Positions 53,701 to 61,845 of a stretch of 64,000 nt of DNA are shown here, piece by piece. Within the stretch, counting starts at the first letter, position 1, and each line of letters begins with the position of its first letter. The stretch comes from Callorhinchus milii. Lineage: Eukaryota. The stretch is from NCBI RefSeq assembly GCF_018977255.1, contig NW_024704742.1, forward strand, positions 78,060,001-78,124,000, written 5' to 3'. The position numbers and the translations under genes are program-made. Under the pieces are notes generated by a model. The model made no database searches and had not been told where the DNA came from. It saw only the letters and a program-made list of their open reading frames with translations.

Positions 53701-56700
53701 TCATACCTGTGCAGCTGATTTTATAAATCTCTCAGACTGAGACAGTGTATGCCTAATGCCATATTGATATTGATCATTAAGTATCAATTTGATGTGAAAA
53801 TATCAAGGTAAAGGGGAGAGACAAATGTGACCTTGATTCCCATTCCTGCTAGCTAATAAGTGATCACTAATAATGCTGCACATATATGAACATTGGGTGA
53901 GTAAATGGTCAAGTTCTTTTCCAATTATCAACTGCTGGAGCTCATTTATCAGAGGTATGAATGAAGAATGATCATTTGGATAATATATTAAGGATTGCTG
54001 ATGCAGTACTTGTAGAATTGCACCAACTTGGTTTGCCAATTTCAGAAGAGGAGTAATAAAGGAAGAAAATTGGAGGAATATTGGAGGGAACTATATATAA
54101 TATTTATATATATATATTAAAGTTTTTCAAATTATATACTTTTGAATTATAATGTATTTTTCTGCCCCTTTTGTACAGGTCTCTCGTTTCATGTTTGAAG
54201 GTAGAGAGATCAAATTGGTTATGTCTTGTGCAGCATTCATCACAATGAACCCTGGTTACGCTGGAAGAACTGAACTGCCTGACAACCTGAAGGCCCTTTT
54301 TAGACCTATAGCAATGATGGTTCCTAATTATGCTCTGATTGCTGAGGTAACTGAACTATCAAACAACAAATAACTACAAATTATACTTTAAAGATAATTT
54401 ACTCACGGTAATTGAAATTAGAGTAAAACTACTATACCGGTACAAGTTACAGAAAGAGTAACTCAAGCATTTGACACCCAACCCAGAAGTTGTGTTAGAT
54501 TTTTGACATGTTTGGAAATGATTACAACTGAAGCGCTGACCATCCATTATTTCATTTTGATTCATTGTTTATGTAATTTGTAATATGGGATCACATTTGG
54601 TATTTTCCAAAACACATTAAGTTTCTTTTTAAAGGAACAAAGTTTAAAAAGTATTTTGATTTGATTGGGGCTAGAGGTCAGGATTTGGCTGACTTGGCTC
54701 CACCTTCTACCTCCTCCCAACATGGCTCTGGTTGTTGGACTGGATTGCCTGTCAATCAGTGGGCAGCCTGTGGTCAATGTCTGGCCTTTGATTGGCAGTT
54801 GGATGTCAGTCATGGTTGGGGGTGTGATGAGAGGCTGTGATTGGAATATGAGGCTGCCAAACATTCAGTGGAAAGGCTGTGGGTGGTTGAAAATGGCATA
54901 GCGATCCCAACAAAGTACAGAGAAGTGAGTCAGTTTGGGCTGACTTTTGGCCAACCTCAGCGTGATTATTGGGAGGGTCATGATGCCCCCCCACTCCCCA
55001 CTGGCTTCGGTACTGCTCTTAAACATGGTAATGGCTTTCCACATATGTCAGACATCTGACTGACCAAAGAAAAAATGCATGGAGTGCAAGCTTAAATCAA
55101 TAGTTATAAAATAAGTTTGCAAAGCGCTATATTTTGTTCATAGGATATTCAATTATCTTAATCTGAAGTGTATAATAATCATGCATATATAAATATATAT
55201 TAATGTTGCATTACTTTATTAAGTCTTATATTAACTTTTTTCTTGCCTTCTAAAATGTTAGTTGATAGCAATTTCTCTCTTGTTCTGAAGTTTGTGGACT
55301 CAGATCCCACAGCAGGTCTTGAGCTCAGGCTAGGCTGATACTGCAGTACTTGGTTGAGTGCTGCATGTTTGCAATGTCAGAAGAGCAACTTTTGTTAATG
55401 TAATTTGAGGTCCCAACTGCTTATTGTTAAATACCCTAGGGACAATATATGAAATGAGAAAGAAGTTTCTCCAGGTGTCCATCCCCGAGACAAATTGATC
55501 ATTTATCTAATATCTGCTTGCACCACATGACTGTTATTTTTGCCAACAACATCAGTTGCTACATTTAAACAAAAAATGCTGCAAAGTGATTTGAAATATT
55601 TTGATGCTATAAAATGCATGATCTTTCTTAGTTGTTTTGCCTATTGTTTATGCAGGTCATTCTTTATTCTGAGGGTTTTGAATCCAGTAAGGTTTTGGCT
55701 AGAAAAATGACCCAAATGTATAAATTATGCAGTGAGCAGCTATCTCAGCAGGACCATTATGACTTTGGTATGCGAGCAGTCAAGTCTGTGCTTGTCATGG
55801 CCGGGTAAGAGAACTCAATCTTCATTTCACCCGTACCTGCTTCTCACTTTTATCCTCTCCCACCCTATTTAACTTCACCACCCATATTACGGCCATCATC
55901 GATAAAGCCACTTCTTCATTTCCCGAAACTCCTTCATTTCCCTCCCAACCATGAAACCCACCACCATCTCCTTCCACCCAAGGAAGAAAATTATCCCCTA
56001 CTCCTTCTCTACTGCGCTCGAGTCTTCTCAACTCCAGGCCCCGTTGCTCTTGGCCTTCCTTGACCTTACCTCCACTTTAGCTAATCAACTTCATACTTAA
56101 AAGCCACCAGCCAAACTTTCAGAGCTCTCACAGCTAAACCAACATTCGCTCAGAGACGTCAGTAATAAACTAACATTCAGAAAGTTACAGATGATAATTG
56201 ATGTGATTATAGTGTAGTGATGATTGCTCTTCTGAAGATTAATATTGCCTCTTAAAATGTGATTTTTTTAACAAATTCAAGCTAAGATCTTTAATAGTTA
56301 TATTTTGCTAAAAGAAACTGAAAAACACTAACATGTTGGCAATATTTTAGAAATATGTAGATTTGCAGATTGCAAAAACTTCCATGCAAGAGGAAATATT
56401 AATCTTCAGAGGAACAATCCTCCTCATATAATTGATTTATTAGTCATGTTTTGGGGGAAATAATTATTTTTCTTGTTATACAATTTATAATATTTACACA
56501 TTTTGGGGATAAGTACTAATTCCACTGCATTCTTCACTTAGGTCACTGAAGAGGGCAAATCCTGAATTGAATGAAGACGTTGTGTTGATTAGAGCTTTAA
56601 GAGACTCTAATCTTCCAAAATTCCTTGTGGATGATTCAGTGCTTTTTGGGTAACATTGGATACTTTCTCTTAAAACAATTATCATTTAAATAATGTATCA

Positions 56701-59700
56701 TTTTGGTATGCTATTCTCATATTATGTAAAATTAGGAAATAATTTTAATGTATCTAATTAATTTAATGTGGTTTAATGTATTTTCCAAAAGATTTAACGA
56801 AGTTCACCCTGTGTGCAGAGGCTTGCCCATTCCAAATACAAGTATATTAGTAACATGTAAGGTATATTAAATTATTGAGTGAAACGTCGGACAGAATATT
56901 TTGAATCTAAGCTATAATAAATATTCTCTTTTTCTTTTTCAGAGGTATTCTTTCGGACTTGTTTCCGGGAGTTGAGATTCCAGATCATGATTATGGTTTA
57001 TTCCAGGAAACTGTTGTTGAAGTCATGAGTAAGCGTGGCCTGCAGGTTGTCAGTTGTATGATTAGTAAGGTCATACAGTTGTATGAAACCATGATTGTGC
57101 GCCATGGTGTCATGCTGGTTGGACCCAGTGGAAGTGGCAAAACTACAGTTTATCGCATTTTAGCAGAGACCCTTGGCACATTGCATAATGCTGGAGAGGA
57201 TGATCCCTTCTACCAGATTGTGAAGTTGTATGTTCTGAACCCAAAATCGATCACGATGGGCGAGCTATATGGTGAAGTGAACAACTTGACACTCGAGTGG
57301 AAGGATGGGTTAATGGCACTTAGTGTCCGTGCAGCTGTGAACGATACAACCATGGAACACAAATGGGTTGTATGTGATGGTCCTGTTGATGCATTGTGGA
57401 TTGAGAATTTGAACACAGTTCTTGATGACAACAAGATGCTTTGCCTGGCAAATAGTGAACGGATCAAACTCACACCTTATATTCATATGGTCTTTGAGGT
57501 TAGTCACTGAAAATCTAAGTCACACATATCTGTGGAGTCCTGTAGTTCAGTGGTTAGAGTGCTCGCCTCGCAAGCGAGAGACCTGGGTTCTGTTCCCGGC
57601 AGCCCGAAATGTTGGGAAAGTTTCCTTACTCCACCCGCTTCTGTTTACCTAGCAGTAAGCAGGAACCTGGTTGTTAGTCGATTGGCGGATCACTTCCGGG
57701 GATAATAATTCCTCAAGAAAACAATAATAATTTGGTCACTCAATCCATGACTGTTGTGGGCCACTGCTGTGCGCAATTGGCTGCCGCGTTTCGCCCACAA
57801 ATATATAGTCAATTCACTTTACAGGATATTCTGTGAAGTGTTTTGAGACGTCTAGAAGATGTGAAAAATGCTATATTAAATACAAGAATTATTATTATTT
57901 GTACTTTGGTGTACCATACAATGAAATTCATACCTAAAGTTTTTGTGTGGGTTGTTTGATCATTGCATTGATTTGAACTTGGCTTGTGCCAAATAAAACA
58001 TTTCAAATTGATAACGACATCACCTGTGTCATCTAGATAGAAAAGGGTAATTGAGTGGGATGGAGAAATTGCTACCCAAGATCAATTTTTCCACAGTGTA
58101 GGGTGAACAAGGATGGGGAGGAATGGATCATAGCTTTAAAGTAGGTACGACAAAAAAAGGAAGTGCAGGAAAATAAAGGGTGATAAAATGTGGAAGAAAT
58201 TATCAGTACAGGGGATGGAATAAAGTTGGTGACAGCCAAGACATTCAAGACTTCAGTATGTGAGTTGGAGTACTGCTGTTCTACTGAAACTTAACTAGCT
58301 AAAACTACACACTTATTGGCGATGAGAACCACCCTCCCATTTAGATTGTTGACTTTCAGGGTTATCAGGAGTTGAATGGAAAGAATCCCAATCTCAGGTT
58401 ACATATTATCCCCTTCCCTGTTGATAAACCAGACGTGCTGAAGATAGAAGACCCTTGTAACTGAGCTTTGTTTTGAAGTTTAATTTCAAGTAGCTTTTAT
58501 GTTTCTACCTATATTTTCAACAAAGAAGTCAACTACTAACTTTTTTTTAAAGCCATGTGAAAATAAATCTCCTTCCTCATTTGCATCCTTCACATATTGC
58601 TGATAGATAAAGAAATAAAAACAACTGAAACTTTCATGTTTCTACTATATTTGAAATAGAGAAGTCAACTACAAAAGTGTTTTTAAAATAAATGTTTAAT
58701 TTTAAAACTACTTTCTAACACAAACTATATGTCTTAATCCTTTTTCTTTAATGCTTGAAACATAATATCGTGTCAGGAAAAAAGCATCCCTACACTTTTA
58801 GCTATTCGAATGTTCCAGTAAATGTGCTGGACCTTTAATCAGAGCACCTTATTTTCTTCATATTTACGATCAGCTTCCTCATGCCAAGTAACTATTAAAA
58901 TATCTATTATAATTATTACCAGTATGTACATATGAATGTTTAAAATCTATCTCAACAGTGTTTGTTCCTTAAATCTATTACATGGATATTAGATATTAAG
59001 TCCAGCAAATTCCTAAAACCTTCTCTGTGATTCCAAAAGAGGCATTGCTGATGAATTCAAATAATTCTGTAAATCTCAATATAAGCATTCATACAGCAGA
59101 TGAAAACAGTAGAATTTTTACCAAACACTTTTGATATATTGCAGGTGCAAGACCTTCGGGTAGCTTCTCCTGCCACTGTTAGTCGATGTGGAATGGTTTA
59201 CCTTGATCCAGAAGAACTCAAATGGCTGCCATATGTACAGACCTGGATGGCTACTCATTCAGAAAAAGTAAGCAATAATATTTTGAATGTTTAAAAATAG
59301 TAACATTATTTTTAACCAAATTACAATACTCCCTTTTATTATTTATTTTATGAAGAAATATCCAAATGGAAGAAATTGTGAGATATTGTTCCTTTTAAAG
59401 CTTTTCTCTTGTGGTGTCATTTAAGGCACAAGATAGTCCCATTTCTATGCTGTGTAAAGCATGGGTTTGAATTTCTTCCTCATTTGTTCTTCTTTTGTTA
59501 GTAGAAGGCTTGGGGGTTCCCAGCGTATGTGCTAGAGTCTAAACAGCTGAAACCGAACAGCTTGATATTGAGAGAACTGTTGGCAACCTTCCCATTGCTT
59601 ATCCAGGGAGGACCACCCTAAGCGTTAAGGCTTTAGTTTACAGTGTTAGCAGGAGCTGACTGAGAAAAATCACTGCTCCCATTGAGTGTTCTGCTGACCA

Positions 59701-60350
59701 CTCTGATTATGCTGATCATAATACTAACAGTGTTAGTAATATAATCAGTGCTAAAGGTAATTTTGGTTTACAACTAGAATGTCGGAAATTGGTCAATAAG
59801 TCACTTATTTCAGCATTGATCTTCTGACAATAATACAGTATCGATTTATACAATCTACTTTTATATAGCATCTTTCATGCTGTGATGGCGTCCCAAGGCA
59901 CAGTCACAGTGCTGGATGGGCACCTGAGCTGGGAGTGGGAGCTGAGGGAGTGGGTTGCGGAAAGATTCCCAAAAGCGCAGTCAAAGAGGTCCATATAGAT
60001 ATAATGTTTTGTTCACTTTTGTGTGTAACATTTCCAAAAAGTACCAAATTTAATGTAGAATAACATGAAATGAGTATAGTAATAGTCTCTGGTGCACAAG
60101 AACATTTATATTTTTAAAATTACAGTAAATCTATGGTTTTGCAAATAATTATTTAACTTTTATGTAGATACCTTTGGAATTGCAGCAGTACATAATGGAT
60201 CTTTTCCAGAATTATGTTGAAAATGGATTAAAGTTTGTCAATAAAAAATGCATACAGGCCATCTCACAGGTGGACATCAGTAAAGTCACCACACTCTGCT
60301 ATCTCCTCGAGTCTTTACTGCTTGGAAAAGGAGGCCCAGTTCTCAAACCG
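11509..60350 (+). CDS. DNAH6: Axonemal dynein heavy chain 6, 5' part (35 coding exons, 1982 codons in window, continues beyond the window)
   Basis: All 35 exons are bounded by AG/GT and phases join without a stop. Dynein motifs: [98 protein letters not shown]. The N-terminal tail ([30 protein letters not shown]) matches my recollection of vertebrate DNAH6. Confidence 0.93.
12774..12962 (+). CDS. DNAH6: DNAH6 coding exon 2 (PVLKKKQ...LKKKQ)
   Basis: tacAG| ... CAG|GTTTGA, 189 nt, open, phase 0/0. Confidence 0.8.
12989..13300 (-). mobile_element. tRNA-derived SINE, short form
   Basis: Head GTGGAGT..TGTAGCTCAGTGGTTAGAGC (A box) and GGTTCAATTCC (B box); (TTA)n tail. Confidence 0.9.
13681..14810 (-). 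mobile_element. L2 LINE fragment, RT domain, internally deleted
   Basis: LLDLS...GVPQGSVL...YADDTQ in ORF 14059-14481. Confidence 0.9.
15065..15324 (+). CDS. DNAH6: DNAH6 coding exon 3 (IELD...SPSPPK...[13 protein letters not shown]...YNL)
   Basis: acAG| ... AG|GTGTGG, phase 0/2. Confidence 0.88.
15480..15747 (+). CDS. DNAH6: DNAH6 coding exon 4 ([16 protein letters not shown]...[10 protein letters not shown]...LNP)
   Basis: tgcAG| ... CCA|GTGAGT, phase 2/0. Confidence 0.92.
16864..16998 (+). CDS. DNAH6: DNAH6 coding exon 5 (SLRPALLQI...KLEE)
   Basis: aAG| ... GAG|GTAATG, 135 nt. Confidence 0.9.
17264..17342. repeat. 79-nt near-perfect palindrome
   Basis: 38-nt arms with 3 mismatches and a 3-nt loop. 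Confidence 0.92.
17851..18191 (-). mobile_element. tRNA-derived SINE, long form, B-box region deleted
   Basis: Same family by direct comparison. Confidence 0.88.
18403..18526 (+). CDS. DNAH6: DNAH6 coding exon 6 ([10 protein letters not shown]...EAGFTPD)
   Basis: ctgcAG| ... CAG|GTACTT, phase 0/1. Confidence 0.88.
19256..19367 (+). CDS. DNAH6: DNAH6 coding exon 7 (...[15 protein letters not shown])
   Basis: tacAG| ... CTG|GTTAGT, phase 1/2. Confidence 0.88.
19454..19625 (+). CDS. DNAH6: DNAH6 coding exon 8 ([11 protein letters not shown]...ELELK)
   Basis: ttttcAG| ... AAG|GTCAAT, phase 2/0, follows an 86-nt intron. Confidence 0.88.
19943..20299 (+). mobile_element. tRNA-derived SINE, long form
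   Basis: Same family; sits inside a decayed L2 piece. Confidence 0.88.
20977..21099 (+). CDS. DNAH6: DNAH6 coding exon 9 (...PIFVTELIL...PSLDDFE)
   Basis: cttAG| ... GAG|GTTGGT, 123 nt. Confidence 0.88.
21770..22043 (+). mobile_element. Degenerate L2 3' fragment
   Basis: [16 protein letters not shown] and tail. Confidence 0.7.
22769..22969 (+). CDS. DNAH6: DNAH6 coding exon 10 (YGITE...[16 protein letters not shown]...GEGP...IQKIM)
   Basis: gctAG| ... ATG|GTATGG, 201 nt. Confidence 0.9.
23390..23585 (-). mobile_element. CR1 3' end fragment
   Basis: Close similarity to 30070-30260 (ggagcaggagta...catggctgatctt...aggactgagc). Confidence 0.8.
23725..24135 (-). mobile_element. Ancient DeuSINE-like (SacSINE1/AmnSINE1-like) element
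   Basis: tRNA-like head (ggttcaaacccacaaccttctgattcag on +) and a central region resembling the Deu domain from memory; related copies at about 1245-1480 (-) and 55275-55630 (+). Confidence 0.55.
24663..24783 (+). CDS. DNAH6: DNAH6 coding exon 11 ([10 protein letters not shown]...[10 protein letters not shown])
   Basis: ttttcAG| ... ATG|GTACGT, phase 0/1. Confidence 0.9.
25358..26636 (+). mobile_element. L2 LINE, 5'-truncated, RT plus 3' end
   Basis: [27 protein letters not shown], tail; frameshifts and stops. Confidence 0.92.
26967..27118 (+). CDS. DNAH6: DNAH6 coding exon 12 ([12 protein letters not shown]...IPSPLRCIE)
   Basis: ttcAG| ... GAG|GTAAAT, phase 1/0. Confidence 0.9.
28162..28752. 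mobile_element. Putative non-autonomous Tc1/mariner (pogo/Tigger-like) DNA transposon
   Basis: TA-CAGTGGA...TCCACTG-TA termini; subterminal gttaatcctagacac vs gttaagccagacac in inverted orientation; no transposase seen. Confidence 0.5.
29079..29231 (+). CDS. DNAH6: DNAH6 coding exon 13 ([13 protein letters not shown]...FLDEIQER)
   Basis: tgtAG| ... AGG|GTATGC, 153 nt. Confidence 0.9.
29381..29740 (+). mobile_element. tRNA-derived SINE, long form, A-box region partly deleted
   Basis: GGTTCGATTCC B box; same body and tail. Confidence 0.88.
30062..31337 (-). mobile_element. CR1-clade LINE, 5'-truncated
   Basis: [63 protein letters not shown] tail on the + strand; catalytic FADD degraded to FAVD. 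Confidence 0.93.
31642..31893 (+). CDS. DNAH6: DNAH6 coding exon 14 (IEVLDEE...[15 protein letters not shown]...KLQAQ)
   Basis: tttAG| ... CAG|GTACCT, 252 nt. Confidence 0.92.
32007..32370 (+). mobile_element. tRNA-derived SINE, long form
   Basis: Same family. Confidence 0.88.
33102..33230 (+). CDS. DNAH6: DNAH6 coding exon 15 (DPQILEI...YQKNFK)
   Basis: atAG| ... AAG|GTAACT, 129 nt. Confidence 0.9.
33599..33712 (+). CDS. DNAH6: DNAH6 coding exon 16 (VEVTKFE...KLKQLLWNS...EWMQ)
   Basis: tctAG| ... CAG|GTATTC, 114 nt. Confidence 0.92.
34375..34518 (+). CDS. DNAH6: DNAH6 coding exon 17 (LKFETLD...QLEKGLPPN...KMKQK)
   Basis: acAG| ... AAG|GTATTA, 144 nt. Confidence 0.92.
35328..35540 (+). 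CDS. DNAH6: DNAH6 coding exon 18 ([17 protein letters not shown]...ILKK)
   Basis: tgcAG| ... AAG|GTGAGA, 213 nt. Confidence 0.93.
36438..36530 (+). CDS. DNAH6: DNAH6 coding exon 19 (VEDAWK...[17 protein letters not shown])
   Basis: tttAG| ... CAG|GTAACA, 93 nt. Confidence 0.92.
37474..37593 (+). CDS. DNAH6: DNAH6 coding exon 20 (ALLDDS...SSRYVGPIK...FSQTL)
   Basis: atAG| ... TTG|GTGAGT, 120 nt. Confidence 0.92.
38008..38188 (+). CDS. DNAH6: DNAH6 coding exon 21 ([27 protein letters not shown]...)
   Basis: gttAG| ... CTG|GTACAA, phase 0/1. Confidence 0.93.
38745..39213. mobile_element. Rearranged SINE cluster (minus tail, plus body, minus head)
   Basis: Three oppositely oriented pieces of the same SINE family. 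Confidence 0.85.
39681..39987 (-). mobile_element. tRNA-derived SINE, short form
   Basis: Very similar to 12989-13300. Confidence 0.9.
40430..40526 (+). CDS. DNAH6: DNAH6 coding exon 22 (LLEAFQNNN...[10 protein letters not shown])
   Basis: tacAG| ... CAG|GTTTGT, phase 1/2. Confidence 0.93.
40897..41107 (+). CDS. DNAH6: DNAH6 coding exon 23 ([19 protein letters not shown]...SPEGEK)
   Basis: cctAG| ... AAG|GTAATG, phase 2/0. Confidence 0.94.
42107..42664. mobile_element. SINE (+) nested in SINE (-)
   Basis: TATATTTGT duplicated at 42189-42197 and 42456-42464. Confidence 0.85.
43480..44245 (+). mobile_element. Old CR1 3' fragment interrupted by the SINE at 43608-43972
   Basis: Decayed RGDLI-type region and gggccaaatgg...ttctat tail. 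Confidence 0.55.
43608..43972 (-). mobile_element. tRNA-derived SINE, long form
   Basis: Same family. Confidence 0.88.
44418..44582 (+). CDS. DNAH6: DNAH6 coding exon 24 ([17 protein letters not shown]...PSQ)
   Basis: tgcAG| ... CAG|GTAAGA, 165 nt. Confidence 0.93.
46048..46158 (+). CDS. DNAH6: DNAH6 coding exon 25 ([13 protein letters not shown]...NFE)
   Basis: tgtAG| ... GAG|GTAAGT, 111 nt. Confidence 0.92.
46467..46480 (-). promoter_or_regulatory. Candidate CTCF site CCACTAGATGGCAG
   Basis: Exact match to the CTCF core CCASYAGRKGGCRS in apparently unique intron sequence. Confidence 0.55.
46617..46742 (+). CDS. DNAH6: DNAH6 coding exon 26 ([11 protein letters not shown]...[13 protein letters not shown])
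   Basis: ttttAG| ... AAG|GTATTT, 126 nt. Confidence 0.93.
48119..48274 (+). CDS. DNAH6: DNAH6 coding exon 27 ([11 protein letters not shown]...[18 protein letters not shown])
   Basis: taAG| ... ACT|GTAAGT, 156 nt. Confidence 0.94.
48858..49110 (-). mobile_element. SINE, 5'-truncated long form
   Basis: Body and tail only. Confidence 0.82.
49452..49613 (+). CDS. DNAH6: DNAH6 coding exon 28, AAA1 Walker A GPAGTGKT at 49512-49535
   Basis: cct[38 protein letters not shown]...[16 protein letters not shown]. Confidence 0.96.
50195..53152 (+). mobile_element. Long degenerate L2 LINE (APE endonuclease + RT + tail), with a second L2 tail nested at about 51546-51658
   Basis: [10 protein letters not shown]...[10 protein letters not shown]...VYSPPK (APE), [40 protein letters not shown]; many stops and frameshifts. 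Confidence 0.9.
53215..53352 (+). CDS. DNAH6: DNAH6 coding exon 29, AAA1 Walker B ([10 protein letters not shown])
   Basis: cttAG| ... AAG|GTAACA, 138 nt. Confidence 0.95.
53500..53675 (+). mobile_element. SINE 3' fragment
   Basis: ggtcactcaatccacg...aaatgctaagattattatt. Confidence 0.8.
54179..54346 (+). CDS. DNAH6: DNAH6 coding exon 30 ([24 protein letters not shown])
   Basis: tacAG| ... GAG|GTAACT, 168 nt. Confidence 0.95.
55656..55804 (+). CDS. DNAH6: DNAH6 coding exon 31 (VILYSEGF...[19 protein letters not shown])
   Basis: tgcAG| ... CGG|GTAAGA, phase 0/2. Confidence 0.95.
56542..56649 (+). CDS. DNAH6: DNAH6 coding exon 32 (SLKRANP...[12 protein letters not shown])
   Basis: cttAG| ... 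TGG|GTAACA, phase 2/2. Confidence 0.93.
56943..57498 (+). CDS. DNAH6: DNAH6 coding exon 33, AAA2 Walker A GPSGSGKT at 57121-57144
   Basis: ttttcAG| ... GAG|GTTAGT, 556 nt; [39 protein letters not shown]. Confidence 0.96.
57532..57899 (+). mobile_element. tRNA-derived SINE, long form, full length
   Basis: Same family; starts 33 nt after exon 33. Confidence 0.9.
59145..59267 (+). CDS. DNAH6: DNAH6 coding exon 34 ([19 protein letters not shown])
   Basis: tgcAG| ... AAA|GTAAGC, 123 nt. Confidence 0.94.
60168..60350 (+). CDS. DNAH6: DNAH6 coding exon 35 (IPLELQQY...[11 protein letters not shown]...VLKP)
   Basis: tgtAG| ... CCG|GTATGT, 183 nt; last exon found in the window. Confidence 0.9.
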
Positions 60351-60538
60351 GTATGTTACATGATGGCTTCATTGTGCTCTATGAACTACCTTCTCTTCAA
60401 TTTGAAGTTGTAGGTACTTACTACATTGTTAGGTATATAAGATATAGTATATGGACTAACAAATAGTTATATGCACCTCTAATGATCTGGGGTTTCGATT
60501 GCTTATACCTAAAATCAAAATAATCCATGTATTTAATA

Positions 60539-61845
60539 CAATAATAACAACAAAATTACATGTCAGGAGGACGTCCCAAGGCCCTGGACAATCAGTGTTT
60601 CGGCCCTGAGCTGCGGGGCAGGATCAGGGAGGGTGGAGACCGGTGGGGGGAGGAGGGTGACTGAAGGCATGGTCGAAAAGGAGGTTCTTGAGACAGGTAT
60701 TGAAGGAGGCAAGGGAGGGGGCGAAGCGGCGGGACTTTGAGATGGAGTTCCAGAGGGTGAGGGCAGAGTGGCAGAAGGTTCGCCTGCCATTGGTGGGGCA
60801 GTCGAGGTGGAGGATATGAAGCAGGCCGGAGCCCACTGAGCGGAGAGAACGGGAAGATTGGTAGGTGGTTAGGAGGTCGCAGATGTAGAGGGGAGCAAGG
60901 CCATGGAGGGCTTTGAAGGTGAGGATCAAGATCTTGAACTGTATCCTCTGATGGGAAGCCAGTATAGTTGGGCAAGGATGGGATTGGTAGGGTCACAGAG
61001 CCTGGTGCAGGAGAGGACACGGGCTGCAAAGTTCTGAATGATCTGCAGCCTGTGGAGAGAGGCGTTGGGGATGCCGACAAGAAGGGAGTTTGGATAGTTG
61101 ATCCTGGATGTTATGGATGCATGTATTAGGACCTTGGAAAGAAAAGGGAGGTTGGAGATGGGGCGGTAGTTTGAGAGCAGGGATGGGTCCAGGGAGGGGT
61201 TTTGAAGGATAGGAGTGATGACGGCTGTTTTTAAAGGGTGGGAATAATGCCAGTGGACAGGGAGAGGTTTATGATGTCTCTGAGTAGAGGGGCTGGGAGG
61301 TAAGGAGAGGGGTAGGGATGGGGTCGAGGGAGTAGACGGTCAGTTTCATGTGGTTAATAGTGGTGATGAGAGAGAAAGGGGAGATAGGTTCGAAGGTGTG
61401 GAATGAGGGGATGGGTAGGAGCCAGAGTGTGAGTGGGAGATGGGGAGGAGGTAGTGGTCGGAAGGGCAGAGGCAGCTGAGCGGATCCCCTTGATTTTGGT
61501 TTCGAGGAAGTCCAGCATCTCCTCGCAGTTGGCGTTGGAGGAGAGGATGGGTGAGGTGTGAGAGGGTGGGTGGAGGAGCCTATTGATGAGGGAGAAGATT
61601 TGCCTGGGGTTGTCCTTGGCCTCCTAGATTGTCTTGGAGTAGAAGAACGATTTAGCGGAGGCGAGGGCAGAGCGGTAAGATTTGATAAGGTCTATCCGGA
61701 TCTGCCGATCAACTGTTAAGTGGGATTTGAGCCAGATGCGTTCAGCAGCACGCACCTGTGCCTTGAGGGAGCAGAGGTGGCTGGTGTACCAAGGTGACTT
61801 CCGTGAGTAGGAGATGGTTTGGGGGGAAGTGAGGTGGGCAAGGGA
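60539..61845 (-). mobile_element. L2 LINE, internally deleted
   Basis: [22 protein letters not shown], tail on the + strand at about 60539-60590. Confidence 0.88.

Noticed and set aside
57532..57610. tRNA gene (Ala/Val-like) here and at the other SINE heads
   Set aside because: The A and B boxes continue directly into a shared SINE body and tail, and the copies carry disruptive substitutions; these are SINE heads
11509..60350. Pseudogenisation or non-canonical introns in DNAH6
   Set aside because: All traced introns are GT-AG, phases are consistent and both P-loops are intact
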